Below are positions 1-7,405 of a stretch of 32,032 bases of DNA, piece by piece (within the stretch, counting starts at the first letter, position 1; the number at the start of each line of letters is the position of its first letter). This stretch comes from a virus (taxonomy: Duplodnaviria > Caudoviricetes), in the IMG/VR virus record IMGVR_UViG_3300017913_002713, positions 1 through 32,032 of that record; one strand, 5' to 3'. The position numbers and the translations under genes are program-made. The notes below the pieces were generated by a model that made no database searches, had not been told where the DNA came from, and saw nothing but the letters and a program-made list of their open reading frames with translations.

Positions 1-127
1 ACTTATATTGATGTTCGTGTTCTGAACACTTATATCCTGCTTTGTACTCAATACGATGGAACTCCAGAACACCATTAGCATGGATAAGTTCTGTCTGTCC
101 CCAAATTTTACCTGCTTTCAAAGTCAT
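1..127 (-). CDS. Cupin-like protein, partial (runs off window start)
   Basis: Not in ORF track. ATG at 127 after AAGGAG; reads MTLKAGKIWGQTELIHANGVLEFHRIEYKAGYKCSEHEHQYK; S-x-H-x-H cupin motif 1. Confidence 0.7.
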   Translation of the reverse strand, partial: MTLKAGKIWGQTELIHANGVLEFHRIEYKAGYKCSEHEHQYK

Positions 128-175
128 AATTTCTCCTTAACTAAATTCAAATAGTCCCTGTCCAATTTTGGCAGA

Positions 176-481
176 TTAGAACATGAAATCTGAAGCCATT
201 TCTAATGCATCAGACTCTTCTTCAGTGAGAACATTACCACTTACAGCGGCACCGGCAACAACATAGTCATCTACATTGTCAACGCCATATTGCTGTTCCA
301 AGGCTTCTCTAAGTTGATTAGACAACTCGCCATCAGCATCTAATACTGACACAGAATCTGCTACCGTAGTAAGCTGGAATCGTGTTTCATCTTCAGAAAC
401 ATCATATTGAGCAAAGACCTCGATACCACCACGAGTAGTAACAACAAAAAGGTCATCGGTTTCAGTCAAATAAGTTTTCAT
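176..481 (-). CDS. Acidic hypothetical protein, 101 aa
   Basis: Strong SD (AGGAG) and its own consensus promoter cassette. Confidence 0.75.
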   Translation of the reverse strand: MKTYLTETDDLFVVTTRGGIEVFAQYDVSEDETRFQLTTVADSVSVLDADGELSNQLREALEQQYGVDNVDDYVVAGAAVSGNVLTEEESDALEMASDFMF

Positions 482-598
482 AATGTTGATCTCCTAGATC
501 AGTTAAAGTTTAAGTTCAGTTGATTTCTCAACTTTATGACTACTATTATATGACAACTTTATCTAAAAGTCAAGGAGAAAAAATGGTAATATTACCAT
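482..598 (-). promoter_or_regulatory. Promoter cassette copy 1
   Basis: Palindrome ATGGTAATATTACCAT 583-598; -35 TTGACT 573-568; 17 bp; -10 TATAAT 550-545; GAAA-loop hairpin 518-533; TGATCT-AGG-AGATCA hairpin over the SD. Confidence 0.9.
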
Positions 599-697
599 AT
601 TCTTATATTTCTTCAAATAATTCTTGAAAATGTTTTTCTTGTTTTTCTTTTGGAGATATTCCTTTACCACCTATTTCTTTAGTAACATAAAAAGGGG

Positions 698-746
698 TTG
701 ACAACAATTCCTTTTTATGTTACTATTACCATTCATTCATTAAATA
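698..746 (+). promoter_or_regulatory. Promoter(s) of methyltransferase
   Basis: TTGACA 698-703, 17 bp, TGn-TACTAT 718-726; also late-type TAAATA at 741-746. Confidence 0.75.
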
Positions 747-769
747 GTACATAAAGGAGATATGATATT

Positions 770-1537
770 ATGATAGAAATTCGTAACTTAGACTGCCTAG
801 AGTTTTTGCGCGGTGTTGACAGCAATAGTGTAGACTATATAAATGTAGATCCCCCTTACAACATAGGATATGATGGAGGAGATGGTTGGGATACGTGGCC
901 GACAGAAGAAGATTATTTAAATTGGTGTAATGAGTGGTTAGTTGAGTGTACGAGAGTACTTAAGCCGGGTAGTATGATATCTGTTTGGGGTACACAAAAG
1001 ACTGACTTATTTTTTAGGCTCAAACTTGAAGTGATGAACCATTTAGTAGGGATGCATAGTCAATCCGCTATTCATTGGTCTTATAATTGGGGCGGTCGTC
1101 CAAGGAATAATTTTGCTCATAAGTTTGAGACTGCTTGGTGTTATTCTAAAGGAAAAGAATTTTATTTTAACCGTGAGGGGCCAGGTGTAGAGGTGGAACG
1201 TAAGATGAAAATGAATTTAAGAACCGGCAAAGAATACACTAATGGTACTATTCCTACTACTATATGGGAAGGGAATTTAACAACTAACTCAAAAGAAGCA
1301 AAGGAGTCTAAATTTCATCCAACTGTGAAGCCTCAGTTCGTATTACAGAGAATGATCAATGCTTATTGTCCTAAGGGTGGATTAGTATTAGACTGCTTTA
1401 GTGGTAGTGGATCAACCGCATTAGCATGTATGAAAAGCGGCATGAATTTTATTGGAAGTGAATTGAGTACGGAGTACTATGAAGCGAGCCTCCAAAGACT
1501 GGAGGCTCATAAAGAAGGGTTAGATGAGTTCTTCTAA
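770..1537 (+). CDS. Beta-class N6-adenine/N4-cytosine DNA methyltransferase
   Basis: DPPY near N-terminus, HPTVKP, DCFSGSGST near C-terminus (beta motif order). Confidence 0.93.
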   Translation: MIEIRNLDCLEFLRGVDSNSVDYINVDPPYNIGYDGGDGWDTWPTEEDYLNWCNEWLVECTRVLKPGSMISVWGTQKTDLFFRLKLEVMNHLVGMHSQSAIHWSYNWGGRPRNNFAHKFETAWCYSKGKEFYFNREGPGVEVERKMKMNLRTGKEYTNGTIPTTIWEGNLTTNSKEAKESKFHPTVKPQFVLQRMINAYCPKGGLVLDCFSGSGSTALACMKSGMNFIGSELSTEYYEASLQRLEAHKEGLDEFF

Positions 1538-2101
1538 CGAGAGTTGATCACGAATATCGTACACTACTTCAGCTTCACTCAACTTACTACTTACTTGCGA
1601 TAAGTTAGTAGATGCACCTGGTTTCCGGTTAGCATTATTACGAGCAAGCTGATCAATAACACGGTCAGTTGGTATCTTAGCGATAAGAAGACACCGCTCT
1701 TGAAAAAAGACCCCGAAGTAGTGTTCAATGTGTGAATAGGCTTCTATTGCTGAATCTTTGTATGCTCCATTGTAAACTCCACCAACTTCAAACTCTTTTA
1801 CTTTGCGGCCAGTTCGCGAAGGCAATCCTAAAAGTTTGCGTAGAGTTGTCTCATCGCCATCTTTGATAGACGTTGTTTTGTATTCACAATAAGTTTTACT
1901 ATTAGGATCAAAAGCGTCAGAACCATATTCACTGCTAGTAAGGCCGGCAGAGATTTTACTGTGGGCAATATGACCTAACTTTGATGCCATAACTGGTTCA
2001 CGCCACTTAGTCTTGTCAGTTACCTTTTGATATCCGTCTTTTAGTCCCTTCATGTAAAGTAAGTGTGCAAGATCTTCGTAAGACATTTCTTCTAAGTTCA
2101 T
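1520..2101 (-). CDS. Putative PD-(D/E)xK endonuclease, PvuII-like
   Basis: EYGSDAFDPNSKTYCEYKTT resembles the PvuII active-site segment (GNDAVD...ELKS); tail-to-tail with the MTase, 18 bp overlap. Confidence 0.6.
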   Translation of the reverse strand: MNLEEMSYEDLAHLLYMKGLKDGYQKVTDKTKWREPVMASKLGHIAHSKISAGLTSSEYGSDAFDPNSKTYCEYKTTSIKDGDETTLRKLLGLPSRTGRKVKEFEVGGVYNGAYKDSAIEAYSHIEHYFGVFFQERCLLIAKIPTDRVIDQLARNNANRKPGASTNLSQVSSKLSEAEVVYDIRDQLSLEELI

Positions 2102-2210
2102 AATGTTGATCTCCTTGATCAGTTGGTTTCTTCAGTGTATGTGTATATAATAACAGAACTTTACCCAAAAGTCAAGCAAAATATGAAGGAAAAAATGGTA
2201 ATATTACCAT
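2102..2210 (-). promoter_or_regulatory. Promoter cassette copy 2
   Basis: Palindrome 2195-2210; TTGACT 2175-2170; 17 bp; TGn-TATTAT 2155-2147; TGATC-AAGGA-GATCA SD hairpin. Confidence 0.9.
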
Positions 2211-2756
2211 CTACACAAATTCAAACAAATCGTGTCCAAATGTGTCTGGAATGACTGTAATGGTGAAATCTTCATTTACATATTCATGAGAATAACACAC
2301 TCTGTCCATATGTTTATCTAACAACTCACGAGACATCTTTTTAGACGGGGAAGTAACATAATCTTTTCTATCCATTTTGTTCTTACTCGTCGCCTTCCAG
2401 TTGTCAGATTTTTCACGATAACCACCCAAGCGAGGATGAGAAGTTTTTGAGAAATATCGCTTTCCTCTTTGTAGATGTATTTGAGCCACCGCTTCACTGA
2501 CCCTCACACCTATTCCTAATCCTTGATATTCTGGTAGGACAACTACCCTATGTTCTCGCCAAGCATTTTTCATACTTGGATAGGGACTAGGTAATGGCAA
2601 ACTAGAAGCGAACCCTACGGGTATTCCTTCCCAAATTACTATCCAACAATGTGCCGCTTTGTTTATTTCTGAACTTAGATAGTGATGGATACTGAACATT
2701 GACCAGGCCGTTGGCGAACAAGGAAGGATTTCCAATTCAACGTCTGGCCTTGGGGC
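2211..2756 (-). CDS. GNAT acyltransferase domain (Mom-like), probably the -1 frame part of a fusion with the upstream ATPase
   Basis: HHYL motif; RVVVLPEYQGLGIG acetyl-CoA motif A; no SD before the TTG at 2735; frame open up to TGA at 2787-2789. Confidence 0.8.
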   Translation of the reverse strand, partial: APRPDVELEILPCSPTAWSMFSIHHYLSSEINKAAHCWIVIWEGIPVGFASSLPLPSPYPSMKNAWREHRVVVLPEYQGLGIGVRVSEAVAQIHLQRGKRYFSKTSHPRLGGYREKSDNWKATSKNKMDRKDYVTSPSKKMSRELLDKHMDRVCYSHEYVNEDFTITVIPDTFGHDLFEFV

Positions 2757-3319
2757 TTTCCCACAGAAAGTTTCCCCGTATCTGTATCAAATACCCAATC
2801 AGGTTGTAACCATTCAATAATGTCTCTATGACAGGATGAGAATACTAAACCTTTTAGATCTTTTTTATCAACATATCTTCGAATGGCAACAGAACAACTT
2901 TTGGCAACAGCCCTATCAACTACTGAAGTGAACTCATCAACTACAGCGTTATCTTTGAGTCTCATTGCCAAGTCTGCTCTAAACTTTTGACCAGTAGATA
3001 ATACATGTTGAGGTTTCATCCAATCAGGAATAGAAGAAAACCCAACGGCTGATAACCTATCGATAGCATCATCAGATGATTCAAAGTGAGAACAAATAGC
3101 CATATCAGGATTCCATGCAGGAATTTCTTCCTCCCCAAACTCAGAGAGTAAAGTAGATTTTCCCGACCCTGAAGATCCCACGATAAGACCAATCCTGAAA
3201 TCTTCTGGAAGGTCAGGTTTATCGTAGGGTTTGAAGAAAGATTCCCCAGTAAATTCATAATCAAAATTAGTGGAAATCTCATCAGTGATTGAGTCTAACT
3301 TGACCGTGATACTTTTCAT
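2675..3319 (-). CDS. Soluble ABC-type ATPase, 214 aa if unshifted
   Basis: Walker A GSSGSGKS, signature LSTGQ, Walker B VVDEF, H-loop SCH. Start moved to ATG 3319 (MKSITVK), 1 nt after the upstream stop. Confidence 0.88.
   Translation of the reverse strand: MKSITVKLDSITDEISTNFDYEFTGESFFKPYDKPDLPEDFRIGLIVGSSGSGKSTLLSEFGEEEIPAWNPDMAICSHFESSDDAIDRLSAVGFSSIPDWMKPQHVLSTGQKFRADLAMRLKDNAVVDEFTSVVDRAVAKSCSVAIRRYVDKKDLKGLVFSSCHRDIIEWLQPDWVFDTDTGKLSVGKPQGQTLNWKSFLVRQRPGQCSVSITI
2703..2762 (-). other. Candidate programmed -1 ribosomal frameshift signal
   Basis: In-frame G GGA AAG (2762-2756), 5 nt spacer, stem AGGCC/GGCCT plus GTTG/CAAC with inner GGAA/TTCC hairpin. Confidence 0.75.
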
Positions 3320-3320
3320 A

Positions 3321-3440
3321 TCACGCCCAAGTTTTTTTGTGTTTGGTGTAGCCCTTACGAGCCGCCTTTTTACGGTCAACCATAACCGCTGACTTGTTGA
3401 AGGTACGAGCGTGTTTGGCGACAAGATTATTAGCTTTCAT
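3321..3440 (-). CDS. Small basic protein, 39 aa
   Basis: Not in ORF track. MKANNLVAKHARTFNKSAVMVDRKKAARKGYTKHKKTWA; AGGAG SD and promoter directly upstream. Confidence 0.8.
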   Translation of the reverse strand: MKANNLVAKHARTFNKSAVMVDRKKAARKGYTKHKKTWA

Positions 3441-3533
3441 ATTTCGATCTCCTGATCAATTTCTCAACTTTATGTATACTATTATACAGATATTTCAGAA
3501 AAAGTCAATAGATAAAAGTGTGAATATGTCACA
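3441..3533 (-). promoter_or_regulatory. Promoter cassette copy 3
   Basis: TGTGA-N5-TCACA 3519-3533; TTGACT 3508-3503; 16 bp; TATAAT 3486-3481; TTGATC-AGGA-GATCGA SD hairpin; shares tttctcaactttatg with copy 1. Confidence 0.85.
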
Positions 3534-3813
3534 AAACTTTAGTTAGGCGATAGTCCATTGGATTGGTCACTTTGATCTCACATAGTAATCCGTCTGTCTT
3601 GACAAATATCATATGTTTTGGAGTCATCTTTTTTATCTTTTTGATATGATAAATTTTTGAATCCGTCTCTTCAACTACTAAACCATCACCTGTAATAGTT
3701 TTTTTACCCGTGAAATAAATCTCTAGTTCCCACTCTTCATACAACCACTTCTTTAGAGTAAAAACTATCTTATCCCACACTGGTTTCAAACTAAAGTTAA
3801 CTTTTTTTGACAT
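3529..3813 (-). CDS. Hypothetical protein
   Basis: 94 aa ORF coupled to upstream gene (TAATG overlap). Confidence 0.7.
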   Translation of the reverse strand: MSKKVNFSLKPVWDKIVFTLKKWLYEEWELEIYFTGKKTITGDGLVVEETDSKIYHIKKIKKMTPKHMIFVKTDGLLCEIKVTNPMDYRLTKVL

Positions 3814-4247
3814 TATTTTTTAGTTCCACTCCATGCTTGAGCACCAAAGAATGCCGCCACAATACCAGCAACCGCTACAAAGTACGTGGGTGCCATATCA
3901 CCTAGTGTTTCTTGTGCCTGATCTAATCCAGCTAAACTAGCACATACTACAGCGAATGGATACAACAACATACCAACTAAAGCAAACCATGCCATTCTAC
4001 GCTGGGCATCTCTCATGGCATCTTGGTCTTCGAGTTCCTTTCGTTTGAACTCCAAGTGCATTTCTAGTTCACGATTAGAAATATGACCATCATCATTGTA
4101 GTCAGCATCTTCCATGCCTTCAATAGTACGATAACCACGACTATCTACTGTATTACCTGATTTGGCTTCTGGTTTGGTATCCGCTTTTGATTTTAATGAA
4201 TCATACTCGGCACGACTAAGTGTAACCTCACTTCTATCATCTGACAT
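3813..4247 (-). CDS. Membrane protein with EF-hand-like loop and two TM helices (possible holin)
   Basis: DYNDDGHISNRE loop; two hydrophobic segments; basic C-terminus; late-type ATAAATA at 4287-4281. Confidence 0.6.
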   Translation of the reverse strand: MSDDRSEVTLSRAEYDSLKSKADTKPEAKSGNTVDSRGYRTIEGMEDADYNDDGHISNRELEMHLEFKRKELEDQDAMRDAQRRMAWFALVGMLLYPFAVVCASLAGLDQAQETLGDMAPTYFVAVAGIVAAFFGAQAWSGTKK

Positions 4248-4337
4248 AATAAACTCCCTATATTATTGATATTATGAGAGTATTTATTATTATTCGGTGT
4301 AAAAAGTCTCTACCATTTTGTGTGTCAACTATCTAAC

Positions 4338-4931
4338 TTAATCCCGTTGAGTAATAATCTCGTCAATAAGTCCATAATCCAACGCTTCTTGGGCAGACAT
4401 AAATGTATCACGATCCATATCACGCTCAAACTCTTCATAAGTTTTACCTTTTGAATTATGTTTGACATAAAGTTCAGTCAATGTTTTCTTGATGTGCATG
4501 ATCTCTTTGTATGAAATCTCAATATCAGATGCCATACCACGAGCACCACCAGATGGTTGGTGAATCATATGTCGAGCGTAAGGCAACATAAATCGTTTAC
4601 CAGCGGCACCAGATTGTGCCAAGAATGATCCCATTGAACATGCTTGCCCGATAACAATCGTTTTAATATCAGGTTTGATAAACTGCATTGTATCGTAGAT
4701 TGCCATTCCAGCGGTTACTGATCCTCCAGGGGAGTTGATGTAAAGATAGATATCTGATTCAGGATCTTCTGATTCCAAGAATAAAAGTTGGGCAACGATA
4801 AGATTTGCCATTTGATCATGAACTTCGCCTTCCAAAAGAATAACACGATCTTTCAGTAGACGAGAATAGATATCATATGAACGCTCACCACGAGATGTTT
4901 GTTCTAAAACGACTGGTACTAGATTTGGCAT
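4338..4931 (-). CDS. clpP: ATP-dependent Clp protease proteolytic subunit
   Basis: [22 protein letters not shown] (Ser), MIHQP (His), DRD (Asp). Confidence 0.97.
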   Translation of the reverse strand: MPNLVPVVLEQTSRGERSYDIYSRLLKDRVILLEGEVHDQMANLIVAQLLFLESEDPESDIYLYINSPGGSVTAGMAIYDTMQFIKPDIKTIVIGQACSMGSFLAQSGAAGKRFMLPYARHMIHQPSGGARGMASDIEISYKEIMHIKKTLTELYVKHNSKGKTYEEFERDMDRDTFMSAQEALDYGLIDEIITQRD

Positions 4932-4963
4932 ATTTTTTCCTCTTTGTGTGTGAATATCTATCT

Positions 4964-5002
4964 ATTATACACTAACTGAAAAAATAAATCAAGCACTTTG
5001 GG
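4964..5002 (-). promoter_or_regulatory. sigma70-type promoter of clpP
   Basis: TTGATT 4992-4987, 17 bp, TATAAT 4969-4964; CCCAAAG box 3 nt upstream of -35. Confidence 0.7.
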
Positions 5003-5044
5003 AAACAAACTAAATAGTCGTATATTAGAAAAAAGGAGAAAAAT

Positions 5045-5458
5045 ATGGAATTTCTAATCTTAGCTGTTGTTGTATTAGGTGGTGCCGCTTTTTGGTGGTA
5101 CAATCGTGATGCCAAATCATTGGATATCGATTCAGATGGTGACGTAGATTTGGACGATGTAGTAGAAGCCGCTGAAAATGTTTCTGAAGGTGTCAAGGAA
5201 GATGCCGCTAAAGTAGAAGAAGCTGTTGAAGAAGTAGTTGAAGCTGTTGAAGAAGTAGTTGAAGCTGTTGCAAGTGCTGTTGAAGATGCCGCTACTGCTG
5301 TAGCAGAATCTGCCGCTAAAGTAAATAAACCTACTGCTGAAGAGCTAAACAAATTGACTAAAGTTCAGATTGAAGAAAAGGGTCGTGCTTACGGTGTTGA
5401 ATTAGATCGTCGTAAAAAGAAAGAAGCAATGATTGCGGATTTACTTAGTAAGATCTAA
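5045..5458 (+). CDS. Membrane-anchored acidic protein with C-terminal HeH/Rho-N-like helix pair
   Basis: N-terminal TM, DIDSDGDVDLDD loop, E/A/V repeats, LTKVQIEEKGRAYGVELDRRKKK tail; AAGGAG SD. Confidence 0.75.
   Translation: MEFLILAVVVLGGAAFWWYNRDAKSLDIDSDGDVDLDDVVEAAENVSEGVKEDAAKVEEAVEEVVEAVEEVVEAVASAVEDAATAVAESAAKVNKPTAEELNKLTKVQIEEKGRAYGVELDRRKKKEAMIADLLSKI
5219..5270 (+). repeat. 21-bp coding tandem repeat, about 2.5 copies
   Basis: GAAGCTGTTGAAGAAGTAGTT at 5219 and 5240, partial at 5261. Confidence 0.9.
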
Positions 5459-6153
5459 TGAACGAAATAGGCTTTGATTTCATCAGTGATCTTTATCTAG
5501 GACCCAATAGTGAGTTCAATTGGGAAGATAAGGCCACTAGCCTTTATTGTATTGTAGCGGGAAATGTCAGCCACGATATCAATACACTGATGAAAACCAT
5601 GGCTACTTTATCCAGATATTATCAACATATTTTTTATGTTCCTGGTACATTGGAATATGATCAACTAGAAGAATATGTTGATCTGAGAACTGATGAAATA
5701 GTAAAAGCCTTATCGTTTATTCCAAACGTAGGTGTATTACATCAAGATGTTGTATTGATTGATGGTATCGCTCTTATTGGAATCAATGGGTGGGCAAATA
5801 CACACTTGAATGAATTCATAACTGATAGTATGTATCGTATTCAAGATGCTGGTTATTTGGCTAAATGTATTACAAAACTTCAACTACATATTGATGTTAA
5901 AAAAATAATCGTTGTTTCAAATGCTGTTCCTAATAAAGATTTGTATTTCTCAGAAGCACCTGAATATGCTAAACTTCAGTGGGATTTATTGAGAACTATT
6001 GAAGAATATGACACAGAAAAGAAAATGTGTACATGGTTATATGGAACTTATGAAAAGGGTGTAGATACGGTTATTGATGATATACATTACATCAATAACC
6101 CACACCCCCAAGATTCACCTTATTGGCCGAAACGAATTACAATATCAATGTAA
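5458..6153 (+). CDS. Degenerate calcineurin-like metallophosphoesterase
   Basis: Motif scaffold ISDLY / VAGNV / VPGTLEY / VSNAVP / LYGTY in the expected order, with the His ligands replaced. Confidence 0.7.
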   Translation: MNEIGFDFISDLYLGPNSEFNWEDKATSLYCIVAGNVSHDINTLMKTMATLSRYYQHIFYVPGTLEYDQLEEYVDLRTDEIVKALSFIPNVGVLHQDVVLIDGIALIGINGWANTHLNEFITDSMYRIQDAGYLAKCITKLQLHIDVKKIIVVSNAVPNKDLYFSEAPEYAKLQWDLLRTIEEYDTEKKMCTWLYGTYEKGVDTVIDDIHYINNPHPQDSPYWPKRITISM

Positions 6154-6459
6154 TTCTGCTTCTACTTTTACTTGTAATGGATAACCTTGTGCCCGAGCAT
6201 CAAGGGTAACTTCTACACCTTTTTGTTCGGCAATTTCGTAAGGTAGGACAGCAACTACTGCACTTCCTTTTTCATGGATATCAACGGTTAGCTGAGTAGC
6301 TGTGTCGATATTGTAGTGGAAGTAATCAACTAGAGAATTCACTACGAAATCCATAGTCGTTGCTTCATCGTTTATATAAACGATTTTGTACAGTGGTGGC
6401 TCTTTCAATGAAACATTTGGTTTAATTTTTTGTTCTGTACCTACATTGGCTTTAGCCAT
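6145..6459 (-). CDS. clpS: ClpS N-degron adaptor
   Basis: PPLYKIVYINDEATTMDFV, IHEKGSAVV, EIAEQK, YPLQ. Confidence 0.93.
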   Translation of the reverse strand: MAKANVGTEQKIKPNVSLKEPPLYKIVYINDEATTMDFVVNSLVDYFHYNIDTATQLTVDIHEKGSAVVAVLPYEIAEQKGVEVTLDARAQGYPLQVKVEAELH

Positions 6460-6524
6460 AATTTACATCTCCTTGAGTAAGTAGCCCACAGTTTCCCATG
6501 GGCTTTATTGTATTTAGTATTATA

Positions 6525-6980
6525 TCAAGATATTACTGTAATATCAATGGTTTTTGGTAACAATTCTTCAGGAACTTCACGCTTTAGGTGAATATGAAGA
6601 ATACCTAATTCAAGGCATGCACTATCTACTTCTACATGATCTGCCAGTGTAAATTCACGATTGAAATTACGAGCGGCTAAACCACGATGTAGATACGTTA
6701 CCTCTTCCTCGTCTTCAGATTTAGGACTAGTCCCTTCAATCTTTAGAATATTCTTATCTTTAGTGATAGAAAGATTTTCCATTGCAAAACCAGCCACAGC
6801 TAGAGAAATCACATACTCATCTTCAGATTTCTGAACAATATTGTATGGTGGATAACCGCCAGATGTAGTACTATTGGCAAATTGTCTTTCTAGTTCATTA
6901 AAGATACGATCAAAGCCTACAGTGGCTTTTTGGAAGGTTGGTAAATCAAGTGTAGATACACGAAGTTGTTTGCTTGTCAT
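6525..6980 (-). CDS. Small heat shock protein, Hsp20/IbpA type
   Basis: VGFDRIF, YPPYNI, LAVAGF, YLHRGLAARNF. Confidence 0.95.
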   Translation of the reverse strand: MTSKQLRVSTLDLPTFQKATVGFDRIFNELERQFANSTTSGGYPPYNIVQKSEDEYVISLAVAGFAMENLSITKDKNILKIEGTSPKSEDEEEVTYLHRGLAARNFNREFTLADHVEVDSACLELGILHIHLKREVPEELLPKTIDITVIS

Positions 6981-7033
6981 AATATTCTCCTTTTGTTAAG
7001 CAAGATAATATGTAAACCCTTACGGCGTTTACA
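6981..7033 (-). promoter_or_regulatory. ROSE-like RNA thermometer in hsp20 leader
   Basis: UCUUGCU (7005-6999) pairs with AGGAGA (6991-6986) with a bulged G; preceded by a GUAA-loop hairpin 7033-7011. Confidence 0.7.
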
Positions 7034-7046
7034 GTAGTATTTATCA

Positions 7047-7340
7047 TTAGGCGATGACAGAAATAATTTGATCTTGTTTGATCATCAATACATCTTCACC
7101 TTCAGGACCCATCTTTTCCATTGGAACACCGGCACCCTTGATATACACTACATTTTGTCCAGGAATCAAAGACAGTGGACTAATACTACCATCCTCTTCT
7201 TCCTTTCCGGGACCTACTGCTAGTACAGTCCCAGATACAGGTGGGGCATCTACTGTCCCCGGTAGTACGATACCTCCATCAGTCATTTCTGGTTCATCAT
7301 CTGGAAGTAATACTACATAATCAAACATTGGCTTCAACAT
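7047..7340 (-). CDS. groES: Co-chaperonin GroES/Cpn10
   Basis: LKPMFDYVV, TDGGIVLP, GTVLAVGPG. Confidence 0.9.
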   Translation of the reverse strand: MLKPMFDYVVLLPDDEPEMTDGGIVLPGTVDAPPVSGTVLAVGPGKEEEDGSISPLSLIPGQNVVYIKGAGVPMEKMGPEGEDVLMIKQDQIISVIA

Positions 7341-7367
7341 TAATAATCTCCTTTGTTAATATTGCCT

Positions 7368-7405
7368 ATTATACTAGATTTTTAGAAAAAGTCAAGTGTT
7401 TTGGG
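7368..7405 (-). promoter_or_regulatory. sigma70-type promoter of groES
   Basis: TTGACT 7395-7390, 16 bp, TATAAT 7373-7368; CCCAAAA box 3 nt upstream. Confidence 0.75.

Noticed and set aside
488-500. Paired GATC sites in cassette leaders as a Dam methylation switch
   Set aside because: They lie downstream of the -10 box and are simply explained as the SD hairpin stem; no evidence that the MTase targets GATC.
3320-3424. N-terminal extension of the ATPase in the ORF track
   Set aside because: The region is better explained by the SD-led 39-aa ORF 3321-3440 in another frame.
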